Source of the DNA: Octopus bimaculoides
Lineage: Eukaryota
DNA: 64,000 nt
Direction of reading: 5' to 3'
Assembly (NCBI RefSeq): GCF_001194135.2
Contig: NC_068984.1
Coordinates: 64,885,013-64,949,012 of the forward strand
The notes beneath the pieces are model-generated. The model was not told the origin of the DNA. It made no database searches and was given only the letters and a program-made list of their open reading frames with translations. The position numbers and the translations under genes were made by a program. Shown in pieces: positions 12,730 to 26,189 of the stretch (positions are counted from its first letter, which is position 1; every line of letters begins with the position of its first letter).

Positions 12730-14750
12730 TCAGTAAAGTTAGTAATAGTAGACCTATTACATATTTACCATTACTCTGGAACTTATCAAATGGCCTCATA
12801 GCAGACGGGTTACACAACTTCCTGGAAAATGAGAATTTATTGCCAGATGAGTAGGAGGGATGCAGAAAGAACTCAAGAGGAACAGCTGATCTGCTGTTCA
12901 TAGATAGTTGGATATTAGATGAGGTACAAGTAAGAAAGAAGAATTTAGCTGTTGACTGGATAGATTATAAGAAGGCTTGCAGCAATATTCTACACTGCTA
13001 GCTCATGGAGTGCCTGAAGATGAAGATAAACAGCTTTTGGAAAAAGCAATGAGAGTGTGGGAAGTAGAAATGACATGTGCAAATGAATAGCTGGAAAGCA
13101 TGAAAATGTATAGGGGCATTTTCCATAGAAACTCACTCTTTCCACTACTCTTTGTTATTGTATTAATCTCTCTGACAAATGTACTGAGAAAATCTAGGCC
13201 TGCCTATGAGTTTATCAAAACCAAAGTGAAAATAAATCATCTGCTTTATATAGATGACTTCAAGCTATATACTAAAAATGAAAAAAAAAAAACATGGACT
13301 CTCTGATCCGAACAGTAAAAGTTCACCACGGATAGTGGAATGCACTTTGGTGTAAATAAGTGTGCAGTGCTAATTATGAAGAGAGGTTAGAAGATTAAAT
13401 CTGATGTTATAAAATTACCACAAGACAATATCATTATATCACAGTGGAATAATAAGGGATACAAGTACCTGGGGATACTGCAAGATGATAGGATGAAGGA
13501 AGGAGAAATGAGTGAGAAAATCTCTAAAGACCACAAAACAAAATTAAATGGACAGAATATCATTAGAACAATAAATACAAAGGCTGTGTCATTATGATAC
13601 TCTGTTTCCTTTCAAAAATGGACAATGGTCAAGCTACAAAACTTGGATGGAAGAGCTAAGAAGCCACTCACAATGCACACCACCCTGACAGTAATATTGA
13701 TAAACTCTACCTACCGAGAAAGGAAGGTGACAGAGGATTACTAAAAGCAGAAGACACTGGTACCACAATATTGGGGTTAAAAGATTATGCTGCATGGAGT
13801 GAAGAAAGACTACTGTCAGCAATAAGAGATGCCTAAAGAGTTACTGAAATTGTAGGATAATTCAAGAAGAGAAGGAACAGAGAAAGCAGATGGAAAGAAA
13901 TAGAAGTACATGGTCAATTCATGCAACAAGCCAAGAATATTGGAAGTACAGAAAGCTGGTTCTGGCTCTAGCTGAGAGATGAAAACCTGACACGAGAGAC
14001 TGAAGTCTTAATTATAGCCATTCAGATACAAGCTATTAGGATGAATCTGATGAAAGCAAATTTTGACCAAACTCAGACTGTAAATGTAGAATCTGCTGGA
14101 AAGGAAATGAAAGTGTCACTCATTTCTTGAGTGAGTGCAGTATGCTGGCACAAAATGAGTTTGAGCACCAACATGACTGTGTAGGCAGAAGAGTGCATTG
14201 GGATGCTAACCAAGTTATGGCTTTGAAATAACAGGTAAGTGGCAGGCTGTGACAGAGAACGAGAAGTACAAGATCTCATGAGACTTCCCCATAAAAACTA
14301 AACACATAGGCACAGGAGTGGCTGTGCGGTAAGTAGCTTGCTTACCAACCACATGGTTCTGGGTTTAGTTCCACTGCATGGCACCTTGGGAAAGCGTCTT
14401 CTTCTATAGCTCAGGCTGACCAAAGCCTTGTGAATGGATTTGGTAGACGAAAACTGAAAGAAACCGGATGTATATATATTGTGTGTGTTTGTCCCCCACA
14501 ACATCACTAACTAATTCTGGTGTGTTTACGTGCCTGTAACTTAGTGATTCCGCAAAAGAGACCGATAGGATAAGTACTAGGCTTACAAAAATTAGGCTTA
14601 CAAAGAATAAGTCCTGGGGTTGATTTGTTCGACTAAAAGGTGGTGCTCCAGCATGGATGCAGTCAAATGACTGAAATAAGTAAAAGAAAGAAAAGAATAA
14701 AAGAAGACCAGATATGAATACAGAAGGTAGAATAGACAGAGTAAGATCCA
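12730..14750 (+). mobile_element. Decayed R4/Dong-like LINE: reverse transcriptase, thumb, CCHC knuckle and start of RLE, interrupted by a SINE
   Basis: RPITYLPLLW, GCRKNSRGT, WIDYKKA, RGIFHRNSLFPLLF, HLLYIDDFKLY, LYLPRKEGDRGL, CRIC...ESVTHFLSEC, DFPI|SINE|RPD. Confidence 0.9.
14309..14700 (+). mobile_element. tRNA-derived SINE (family B) inserted in the LINE RLE region
   Basis: ggagtggctgtgcggtaag head, B-box-like gggtttagttcc, A-rich tail. Homologous to 6064-6395. Confidence 0.85.
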
Positions 14751-15384
14751 GAGATTTTTCAAACCCTATGAAGTCTGAATGTCTTCATGGTGATGATTCT
14801 AATGATGATGATAATGAGGACTGCTCACATCGTTACGAATATACATTAGAAGTATGAAAATTAAAGTGTTGATGAAACTTGAGAGCTATCAAATGGAACT
14901 GAACTGAAAGTAAAATGCATGGGATGTGAAAATGAATGAAAATTAAAATGTACTTTTGTGGTATAACTGAAAGTCTTATAGAGAGAGTTAATGCATGAAA
15001 TTAAGACTCAACAGAGGGAGTTAATCATTATTGGTAATGAAGAGTGAATCTTGACAATTATTACAAAATGGGAACTCGCTGTATGCTACTTAGAAGTTGG
15101 GACAATGAATATCTAACTACCAGAATGATACAAAGAACTTGGGTTATATAATAGGTGGCAATAGCAGGACGATGATAAATTTCTAAAAGCATATTGTTCT
15201 CTTACAAAATAAAAACCAATTCTTGAATAATTGAATCATATACAATAGATTATTTGCATATTCTATTAAACCCAGAAGTATAAAAGGCAAACAGACACAG
15301 AGTTGAGTACAGCAAAGCATCTAGTACAGTAATTTACAACAACAGGTATCTTCACTATTTTGTAGTGAGATATATCCAATAAGT

Positions 15385-15770
15385 GGAGGCGCAATGGCCC
15401 AGTAGTTAGGGCAGCGGACTCGCGGTCATAGGATAGCAGTTTCGATTCCCCGACCGGGCGTGGTGAGTGTTTATTGAGCGAAAACACCTAAAAGCTCCAC
15501 GAGACTCCGGTAGGGGATGGTGGCGAACCCTGCTGTACTCTTCCACCACAACTTTCTCTTACTCTTTCTTCCTGTTTCTGTTGTGCCTGTATTTCAAACG
15601 GCCAGCCTTGTCACACTGTGTCATGCTGAATATCCCCGAGAACTATGTTAAGGGTACATGTGTCTGTGGAGTGCTTAGCCACTTGCACGTTAATTTCACG
15701 AGCAGGCTGTTTCATTGATCGGATCGACTGGAACCCTCGACGTCTTAAGCGACGGAGTGCCAACAACAAC
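15385..15770 (+). mobile_element. Full-length tRNA-derived SINE (family C), well preserved
   Basis: A box TGGCCCAGTAGTTAGG, B box GTTTCGATTCC, retained CpGs, (CAA)n tail. The 3' half is shared with 2801-3082 and 43205-43385. Confidence 0.85.
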
Positions 15771-16849
15771 ATATCTAATAAATATATGTGGGTCAAAACA
15801 CATAATTAAATATTACAAAAGAGATTTATTGCAAGAACATATGAATTTTCTTGCCATCAGAGCCACAAAAATAATAACCAAACAGAATTTATTTCTGATA
15901 AGAAAAGTTTGTCAAATATCTCTTAAATCATCAAGCTGGTTGTGCCATTGTTCCTGAAGCATTTCCAATTAAATCTAGATTAAGTCTTGATGTATAATTA
16001 GCAATCAATCGTCAAATGAATATCCAAATTTCCATTACTTAATTCCATTCTTAGTGTTTGCAGAATTCTCTTCTCTCTTTGTGTTATCAGATGTTTTGTG
16101 GCTGCTGCTACTATTCCAGCAGGTTCTTATGAGATTAATTTGGAAGTTGAGTTATAGCAAGGAGAACTTCATGAAGACATTCAGACTTCTCAGCTTCAAT
16201 CCTTTTAGTACATTGGTAAGTAGTCACACAAATGACTCGGCAAATAAATGTGATGCAAAGGTTGATGCAGCAAAATCTTATCATTTCTCTTGCAGACACT
16301 TGACAGATGAGAAAATGTTCTTAAAAATAAATTAAGCTCAATAAAGTGAACACTTTTCAAAAAACAAATAATAATCGATTAGTTATTTTATTTTATTTTA
16401 TTTTACTTTTAAAGAAAGAGAATTCGTATTAACTATTTATTTACTCTTCTAATGCTTTGGGGAGAAAAGCATGAATACTAAAATACACCATTTTCCGTTA
16501 CAATTCAGATTTTTCATGTCTACTTAAGAACAAAATTGTTGATTTCTTAAAGAAATTTATGGAGTGAAGTAGAGTAGTAAAGAAAACAGAATGAAAACAG
16601 GAATAGTTTGAACACAGAACACTGGGTGATGAATAAATTAGTGCATAAATTAACTATACTGTCATTACTTAGGAAATTATTAGTCAGTTGTTCCTTAATA
16701 CATATTTTGAAAGATTCGATCTCAACACCAAACAGTTAATCACTATCTAGACAGTCTTACTTAGCTAATTTATTGTCAGGTAAATGTTGCAGCAGAGGAC
16801 CAATATTGCATTGAGTCCCTGCATGGCTCTGCTTGCTACATTCAATGCT

Positions 16850-16896
<47 letters not shown>

Positions 16897-16949
16897 GCTA
16901 GTTGGAAAATCTCAAAAAGTGATAAAGTGATAAAGTAACACACACTAAA

Positions 16950-17122
16950 CAGTAAAACGAGTAGCCATATCAAAGTGGCAGATGAATGTTACTACTAGTT
17001 TAACCCCAGGTGGATTATCTGCCAGATGGTTTTCAGTGCAAGCTCCTCACCACCTGCTAGCGATATATTGTATATAAAGGGTGCATTCATCTGTCACTTT
17101 GATGTGGCTACTTGCTTTACTG
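16950..17122. mobile_element. 173-bp MITE-like element with 39-bp terminal inverted repeats
   Basis: cagtaaaacgagtagccatatcaaagtggcagatgaatg matches the reverse complement of 17084-17122 at 35/39 positions. Confidence 0.7.
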
Positions 17123-18751
17123 TATATATATATGTGTGTCACACACACGTGTGTGTGTGTGTGTATAGATGTATATGTGCGTGTGTGTGTGGTATTAAGT
17201 GAAAATGCTGTCATGGTTGATATTGGCATCATCATTCCAATATATTTTTCATAAATTTTAGATATTTGAAAAAACACTAGTAAAGATTCTTAGTAGTCTT
17301 ATAATGTGCAATCATTCTTCAGAAGAGGGAACTTAAACTATTAAGATAATTGTTCTTCCACAGTTTTTTCACAAGTTCATGGATGAATCAAGTAGAACAT
17401 ATATCTATTTTTTTTTTATAATTTAAAGGATGTTTGGTAGAGTGATAGCTATCTTTACAGGTTCTCCATGACTGGTGAAACAAGGGAGGATATTATCCTC
17501 AGACTGGAAACTTACCCTATCAAAATGCTGGCAATAAAGTCGACACCACTAAAGGACTCCCAATGGATAAGTGGTGATGTTAAATCTAGTGACAGATTAA
17601 ATCTATTGCCTGGTTTAACCTATCACTGAGTTCCACACAATTTCTATCAACCAAATGTCACTTACAAGACTGTCAACCTGAGGCTTGCATGGAATACAAA
17701 TGCCCAAAGTGGTATGCAATGGATTGGCTACTTATTTGGCAAGTATTCTTTACTTTTATTCTTCATTTAAAGGAAAAGCAAGTTGTTTTAATGGGTAGAG
17801 CTGGACTGTATTATTTGTAGTAACTACAATCATAGCTCTGACTCAAATCATGCTGAAGATGATAATATATGTTATCATATATTATATAACATATATATTG
17901 TATTCTACTGAATGACATTAAGTTCTCACTAAGTTAAGCTAGTAGTATAAGTTTGCAATTTGATATTGATTTCCTGAAGTAGCTATTGCTTTTCACTTAT
18001 CTTGCTTTTCCATTAAAAAAACAAAAATATCATGGAACCCCACTCCAATTCCATTCTCTCATCAGTTCCATCGAGTTAATCACCCACTGATAGAGGTTAG
18101 TATGAATAGGGAATCAGGGAAATCAGACATTTAGTGTTTTACTATTTATTTTGTTTATATATAAAAATGAATATTAAAAAAAGTATGCAATGTACTGAGG
18201 TTGAACAAATCAACATATTTCTTTCCCTATGGAGAAATTATTACTATTTTTATCAGTTTATTATTAGGTTGCCAGAAGTAAATAAAAATGTATGCTACCC
18301 CTTCAAAAATGTATAAAACAAAACAACAAGTAAACATTTATGTTGAGATCTATTGAGTAATGTTGAAATCTAGAACTGAGATTAAATAATTTTAATCTAA
18401 TTAATCTAGATGAAATGCTTAATAATCAGCACTATCAGTAGGAGTTCATTGCAACATCAATGATGAAATATGAACATTATGATAATTTACCCATTAAAAC
18501 AAAAATGACTTAACACTGCATAATATATGTTACTTTTGGGGAAAATATATGTAACTTTTTTTGTTTTTGTAGATGCAGAATTTCACCAAGTAACATATTC
18601 CATTAGAGTATTTCCATAAGAGTTAACTGAACCTTTCAGCATTTAAGTGCTTGAGGGATTAATCAAATTTATGACAAATTGGTTCAGTAGTTATCACATT
18701 ATATTTGAGTAACATTTGAAGCAAAAGATCTACAAAAGTAAGCTATAGATT

Positions 18752-18945
18752 ATTGGTATCAAATTTTGGCACAAGGCCAGCAATTTCAGAGGAGGGGCTA
18801 AGTCAATTAAAATGATAGCAGTGACCCTAAAAAATGAAACCAAAGTTGACCCCAACAACATTTGAACCCAAAACGTAAAGACAGACAAAATATCAGTAAA
18901 TACTTTGCCCAGAGTGCAAGCGATTCTGCCAGGTCACCACCTTAA
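18752..18945 (-). mobile_element. SINE family A
   Basis: aaattttggcacaaggccagcaatttc...gattctgccag. Confidence 0.75.
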
Positions 18946-21399
18946 AGCTATAGATTATTGATATCCATGTAAATCAGTGGTTTCCAAACGTGGATAATTA
19001 CTCAATCATGGTGAAAACTGCATTTGGCTATGATATTGTCAGTAAAAGAGTAAGGAGAAACCATGGTCCTATGCTTCCATTCACATGAGGTAAATCATCA
19101 TGCTTCACAAAAGGGAACAGTTCCCAAATTAAAACAAACAAACAAACAAAAAAACTAAGATTCACACCACTTTGTGGATTTATCATTATTGTGCTTCCTA
19201 CTGTAGTGTTACCAGAAATACAAAGAACCACTATGAAAGTAAGACATAAAAGTATGAAGCTGACACAAATCCTTTACAAAATTGAATTTGTACTCAAAAC
19301 AAGTACTTTAGCATACCATGAGGGCTCAGCTCAGGTTAGATGACTTTTGCTTAATTTAGTCTAAATTAGATAATTCTTTACCATGCTGAATAAAGTCTGA
19401 ATTTCTTCTGAACTACTGCAGAAGGCCCATAGACAAGCAATTATTGATAGGAGGGATTCATTAAACATACGTAGGAGAGGGAGAATGCTTATCCTTTTTT
19501 TAATCTTTTGTACTTGTTGTAGTCCATTAGACTCAAGCCAAGCCTTGAAGAATTTTAGTCAAACAAATCAACCTCAGTACCTTTTTGTTTTCTGTAAAAC
19601 CTGGTACTTATTCTATTGGTTCTCTTTTGTTGAACTGTTAAGTTATGAGGATGTAAGTAAACCAACACTGGTTGTCAAGTGGTTAATTTTCTTTCATAAT
19701 CATAATATTTTAATGAACATATTTACTGTATCATACAATGTAGATATAAAATAGCTGAATATGATGAGAATATTTTGAAAAGCTTTAAGAAAAAAACCCC
19801 TCAAAACTACAAAATACTTTAATGCTTTGCTCTCTTGTTTTCAAAGGCTAGAATGACACAGTAGCATTAGCCTTTTTGAAGCATGGATCAATAGTAAGGT
19901 CCGTCAGCATTTTATTTTTAATTTTTGCTAAAAACATTAATTTTATATAAATAAATATTGTTAAACTGAAATAATTTTTATTATTATTTTTCAAATTTTA
20001 GCTCCAAATTCACTATTCAATCAAAGAAAGAAAAAAATGCAACATTGTTAATTGTGTGGAAGCATATACAAACATGTAAATGTCCCTTTTGTTTCATAAG
20101 AGAGATAAATTAAGAAAGACAGCCATGTTTATTGTATTCTTTTTGAAAATTAAAGAGTATTCATCATATTTTGGTACTGTTTTAAAAATAAGATATCTGT
20201 ATTGTTTTTAATGTTATATTATGAGAAATACACACCACATGCATATTATGAAGGACACTCACATTATTAAGAAGTAAAAATTACTATTTATCTTCAATAA
20301 AAAGAGAGAAATTATACATTTTCACAGTATAAATTGTATTGATTGGTTTTCTTAACCTATTACCAATTTAATTATAATAGACTATGACCTAATATCTTAA
20401 TTCAAATTTAACTTAATAAAAAATAGATATTATCTTTAAGTGAAATTGTAGTCATGGCCAGTGCCAGTGATACATGAGAGGCACCTGTGCTGGTGACATG
20501 CAAAATGCACTCATGCTTGAGACACAAAAGGCACCTGTGTTGGGGTGACACCCAAAAGACCCCCATCCCCCATTGCAGGTGACATGTAAAATACACTCAG
20601 TACACCTTATGGCACTAGGAAAGGGGATCCAGCAGTAGAAACCAACCCAAATCAGACTGAGGCCTGGTGCAGCTCTTCAGCTTACAAGTTCCACTCAAAC
20701 TATCTTACCCATGCCAGCTTCATGATGATGATGATGATGACAATGATAATGATGATGGTGATATTTACATATTTAAAGTATTCCTGGCATGGCTGGATTA
20801 TTTCCAGTTTTACAACATCCAATATATGCCTCCTAGTTTCATTATTATTGAATACTTTATAAATATTAAATTTTTGAATATAACGACAAGTATTAATCTA
20901 CAAATTTCCATAACTATTATTTGGAAATGCTGGACAGAGACACTTTTCAGGAGTAGTCCAGTCAACTTTAGTTTTACCTTACCTATGGTTTCATATGGCA
21001 GTTGAGTACAAATATTTATCATAGAGTCAGCATTAACTCCTGCTCAGTAAGTTGCAATGTCAGCCAGCCTTAGATTTTTTTCACATTTGGTCGCCAATCC
21101 CACAAGAAAACTATTGTTTTGGCAGTGGTATTCTGCATAATAGTGGTATGATGCATGTTAAAGTAAGTCTGTATATGACTCAGGTTAATAGAATTTGAAG
21201 GTAACAAAAGTTTGTCTCCATTGTAATTCTAATAATGTCCAGTACTATACTGGAGAGAACAATGAGTTAAAAGCTCATTTAAACTTTTCGAATAGACAAA
21301 TAAGGTTCACTAATGTCGTTTATTTTTGTAGTTTACATGTAGATAATTTTGCTTGTGTGATTATTCTTTTTAGATAAGTAGCCAAGATAATATCATCAA

Positions 21400-21700
21400 C
21401 TACTTTAGTTCCAAGAATGAGATAGTCTCTAAGAACCTGAAATACACACCAAGTGGTCAAAAATATGAGGAAACATGCATGCAGTAATAGCTTCACAGAG
21501 TTCATCAATGAAGAAGGTTCTATGCTGTGCAGCCAGTGTCAAGTGAATCAGGTAAACTACATGGCTATCTATGCAAGGCCCCTCACACACCACTAAGTAC
21601 AGTCGTTCCTTTCCAGAAAGTCAGCAATCACTTATTCACCATGCAAATAAAAGGTACAACTTTGGAAGGATCTGAGGTCTGGAACATACTCTCAAAGCTC
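21400..21700 (+). mobile_element. Possible Gypsy integrase remnant
   Basis: CSQCQVNQ and PFQKVSNHLF resemble the integrase C-x2-C and PW/F-x-KV-x-x-DLF motifs, in different frames. Confidence 0.3.
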
Positions 21701-21903
21701 AGCAGCTGGATTTTAATGCACACTTTGATGTTACACAGTACACACATCTTAAAGTGCTTACATAATCTCAAAGTGCTTACATGGAGCCACATGACTGATG
21801 CTGATATTTTTATATGAAATATATATGGTCAAAGTGAAACAAAAGAGCAATCAAGAGTATCTGTCTACAATAACACCATTCAATATAAGGTAGATAATAT
21901 GGG

Positions 21904-22769
21904 NNNNNNNNNNNNNNNNNNNNNNNNNNNNNNNNNNNNNNNNNNNNNNNNNNNNNNNNNNNNNNNNNNNNNNNNNNNNNNNNNNNNNNNNNNNNNNNNN
22001 NNNNNNNNNNNNNNNNNNNNNNNNNNNNNNNNNNNNNNNNNNNNNNNNNNNNNNNNNNNNNNNNNNNNNNNNNNNNNNNNNNNNNNNNNNNNNNNNNNNN
22101 NNNNNNNNNNNNNNNNNNNNNNNNNNNNNNNNNNNNNNNNNNNNNNNNNNNNNNNNNNNNNNNNNNNNNNNNNNNNNNNNNNNNNNNNNNNNNNNNNNNN
22201 NNNNNNNNNNNNNNNNNNNNNNNNNNNNNNNNNNNNNNNNNNNNNNNNNNNNNNNNNNNNNNNNNNNNNNNNNNNNNNNNNNNNNNNNNNNNNNNNNNNN
22301 NNNNNNNNNNNNNNNNNNNNNNNNNNNNNNNNNNNNNNNNNNNNNNNNNNNNNNNNNNNNNNNNNNNNNNNNNNNNNNNNNNNNNNNNNNNNNNNNNNNN
22401 NNNNNNNNNNNNNNNNNNNNNNNNNNNNNNNNNNNNNNNNNNNNNNNNNNNNNNNNNNNNNNNNNNNNNNNNNNNNNNNNNNNNNNNNNNNNNNNNNNNN
22501 NNNNNNNNNNNNNNNNNNNNNNNNNNNNNNNNNNNNNNNNNNNNNNNNNNNNNNNNNNNNNNNNNNNNNNNNNNNNNNNNNNNNNNNNNNNNNNNNNNNN
22601 NNNNNNNNNNNNNNNNNNNNNNNNNNNNNNNNNNNNNNNNNNNNNNNNNNNNNNNNNNNNNNNNNNNNNNNNNNNNNNNNNNNNNNNNNNNNNNNNNNNN
22701 NNNNNNNNNNNNNNNNNNNNNNNNNNNNNNNNNNNNNNNNNNNNNNNNNNNNNNNNNNNNNNNNNNNNN
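21904..22769. other. Assembly gap. Other gaps include 5355-5796, 29760-30380, 31516-31698, 33932-33995 and 36062-36533
   Basis: N-runs, several flanked by (TA)n or poly-C. Confidence 0.99.
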
Positions 22770-23324
22770 CTGGATTTTAATGCACACTTTGATGTTACAC
22801 AGTACACACATCTTAAAGTGCTTACATAATCTCAAAGTGCTTACATGGAGCCACATGACTGATGCTGATATTTTTATATGAAATATATATGGTCAAAGTG
22901 AAACAAAAGAGCAATCAAGAGTATCTGTCTACAATAACACCATTCAATATAAGGTAGATAATATGGGTGGCAGAATGGAAGATGATGAGATATGAGTTGT
23001 TGACAAAATCAAAGCATTTATACACAACTTTATGTCAAGCTGGATGAATCTACTGATATTTGCATCAGTTTTTCTTGCTATATTGTTGACAATCAGCTGA
23101 ACAATGAATATATGCACAAGACATAATTAATATAGTAGTTACTGGATTTACAAAGCATGACATACAATGGGAAAAGCTAGGAGCAATATGTAAAATCTAG
23201 TTTTGTTGCATTGGTAAGAGAGAAATCTTACTCATACTGACTAGCATGCACTGTATTGTTTGTCACCAAGTTATTACTGTCAAAACTCTCCCTGACTCAT
23301 TCTAAGACATGATGACCTGTGTTA

Positions 23325-23612
23325 TATGAATGGCCGATGCCAGCACTGCCTAGACTGGCTTCTGTGCTGGTGGCACGTAAAAAGCATGAACTGATCGTGG
23401 TCATTGCCAGCCTCCTCTGGCCCCTGTGCTGGTGTCACGTAAAAAGCACCCACTACACTCTTGGAGTGGTTGGCATTAGGAAGGGCATCCAGCTGTAGAA
23501 ACACTGCCAGATCAGACTGGAGCCTGGTGCAGCCTCCTGGCTTCCTAGACCCCAGTTGAACCGTCCAACCCATGGCAGCATGGAAAACGGACATTAAACG
23601 ATGATGATGTTG
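23325..23612 (+). mobile_element. Family D copy with internal tggcacgtaaaa(a)gca repeats
   Basis: Same core and (GAT)n tail. Confidence 0.8.
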
Positions 23613-23829
23613 AGCATTTAACATTCGCTTGTTTACCATGTAATGAACTTTTCTCTGAATATTTGGAACTATTTTCACATACAGTAGTGAGATATCTGTC
23701 TTACTGCATGATTTTGATTAAAATTTTCAACTGTGATCAGAAATAACGAACTTTTTCTGGCTGCAAAAGCACTAGTTTTCTTAACGACAAGTTCACCATA
23801 TAACTAGTTTATTGAATGTGTTTCAAGTC

Positions 23830-24400
23830 AGAATGTATTGGATTGCTCTCAACAAAGAAAAATGTCTTCCATCATTGATGTCTAAGATGAAATGAATACT
23901 TTCTCTCAGCAAATGGAACCATGGCAGGTAACTCATTGTCAAAAACATGGCTGTGTTTGCTAAGCTAGAATAATTTAAAAAAGAGTGACATTCAGTGCCT
24001 GGCAACTGAAATTGGTGAACTCACAATTAAGACATCAATGATAATATTTTTCTGGAAGTAAGTTTCTGCAGAGGGACAACATGTGAATAAAGCAACTATT
24101 TCTTGCTGAAAATGTCATTTTTGACACTGACTCAGCCGAATGAAAATATTTTAAGGTGAGAGATGATTCTACAATTCACAGCATAAGAGTATTGCATCAT
24201 TCTGGTTTCAGCAAAGAGGAATGGTTATTCCATTTCTCATGACTTGTATGTGATTTTGGGCTCTTGACAATGTAACAAATTAAAGCCAACACTAGAGACT
24301 GTTTTTTTTAAAGTTCAGACATGAGGCTTGTTCTGTCAAAGAGTAAATCATATACCCAAAATCTGGTGTCAACATTAAACAAGTTCATCCATACCATTTT
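23830..24400 (+). mobile_element. Decayed hAT (Charlie-like) transposase C-terminal remnant
   Basis: IPFS-x-TCM and DMRLVLSK...QVHP fragments resemble the hAT dimerisation-domain end. Confidence 0.45.
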
Positions 24401-25049
24401 GGCTTATTCTAACAGTACTGTACTGTAAGTGCTGAATTGTACAGAATTTCTCAATTGTGTTTTGTATAATACACAATTTTAAGTTAGGGTAATTTGAACC
24501 TGATTCTAGTTAGGAATAAAACTGGGAAAATGGTTGGGAGCTGCCAATCTAAATACAATTGCAAACGACTCGATTGTTTAATACTGAGTGCAGAGAAAAT
24601 GTTACAATTTTGAAAAGAAATATCATTATCTGAAACATATAAAATGGAACTAAACCAATTTCTTGGCTTCAGTTGTAATTATATAAAACTCTATAATCAA
24701 CATATGATGATGAATTTGAATTTGCATTGCTAAGTCTGCTTACTAGGTAAAAAGCAATATATAGGCAGAAATATATAAATGAAGTACAGAAATAGCTGTA
24801 GAATGAATTGAAATAACCTAAATTTGGTTTGAAAATGTTGTTAACATTTTTACTTCACTCAACAACTAGCAAGTAATCAGAACTTTTCAAAACTGAACAA
24901 TCAAATTAATTTAAATGAAGGACAAACATGATTGCTCGATTATTGCTCTATACAAAATGTGTTAAAATAGACAATAGAAAGTTATTAGATGCTGTCTATT
25001 TACAATTATAAGGTGAACATATATAACTTGATAAACATTTCATTTCTAC

Positions 25050-25078
25050 CTTTCCACTATGGTAAGACTTTCTTTCAC
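25050..25078 (-). CDS. Candidate 29-nt exon (G)ERKSYHSGK that could follow the CUB exon in phase 1
   Basis: Acceptor aatgtattctttctag| and donor AAG|gtagaa. Phase-compatible with the CUB exon donor. No homology support. Confidence 0.2.
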
Positions 25079-26189
25079 CTAGAAAGAATACATTAAATGA
25101 AATTTGTGTGTTTGTATAAATATGTCTGCATATGATCTACTGTGCAGATTGTTGATAGAAAGAATGATAACAGGCAATGAACGGAAACCAAATTTTTCTA
25201 GTATTAAACAGAGGACATTATTATTTTGGATAGTGAAAAATTACATTGACCATTGACAATTAAAGTTCATATTTAAATCATTTACAAAAATGCATTCAAA
25301 ATTATCAATATTTAACAATATGATAGCAATCACAAATTTATATACATATAGATATACACAGATAAATAACTGTTTACATCAAAAACCCACTTCTATCTTC
25401 TACCTCACTTATAATTGATATTTTCCCAATGCATGACTTGTCTATATCCTACAATTAATACAGAATTGCTGTAAATAATTATAAGCTGTTTTCTTGGTCT
25501 AGATAAGTTTACAACTGCTAAATACACATTTGTATTTAATGTAGTATAATTTGTGAAAGAAAATCAATTATACTGAAACATCAAAAACTATGAATAAGAC
25601 ACAGAAGCTAGAAAATTGTTACAAATGGAGTAATCATTCAAGAGCCAGTATATTTTTGAGAAGTAACATTATTACCAACACAAAGTTTTTCTATATCATT
25701 GCATTTATTTCTTTAATAATGAGAAGCCATAATATCAACTGTCATATGGATACAAAATATTATGCTTTGCATTACATTATTATATCATTTTGAAGTATAG
25801 TTAATATAAGTGAGATGTATTTGAAAACTCTAGAGAGGACTTACAATACAAATACACACTATTACCAACCACAAGAGGAAATTAGACAAAAACTGATATA
25901 ATTAGAGTAAATGAATTTACACTACAATGGGTCAGATGTGATATACCTCAAATTCTTATGCATCACATACATTTAAATCATGTTCTGTGGATAAACTTCT
26001 CTTACAGATGACATTCCCATATAATTTTTTTGTCTAGAATTAAATTTAACCACTCAAGAAAGTTATAATGATATTTTATGTAAAACTGTTATGCTTTATT
26101 GATTTCCAGCCCTTCAAGTTTATTTAATTGACACACTATAATATTTTATGCATATCAATCACAACAGCTTTATTGACCCTTCTCTTAGA

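Noticed and set aside
15385-15460. tRNA-like sequence with A and B boxes
   Set aside because: No proper acceptor stem, and it continues into a 300-bp body shared with other copies, so it is a SINE head rather than a tRNA gene.
21706-22967. Identical 198-bp direct repeat (21706-21903 and 22770-22967), LTR-like at first sight
   Set aside because: The copies end and start exactly at the edges of an N-gap and look identical, which is the signature of a scaffold overlap artefact.
23325-23460. Short repeated units with variable spacers (also 49925-50110), superficially CRISPR-like
   Set aside because: They are internal tandem units of the family D retroposon in a eukaryotic context, with no regular repeat-spacer array and no cas genes.
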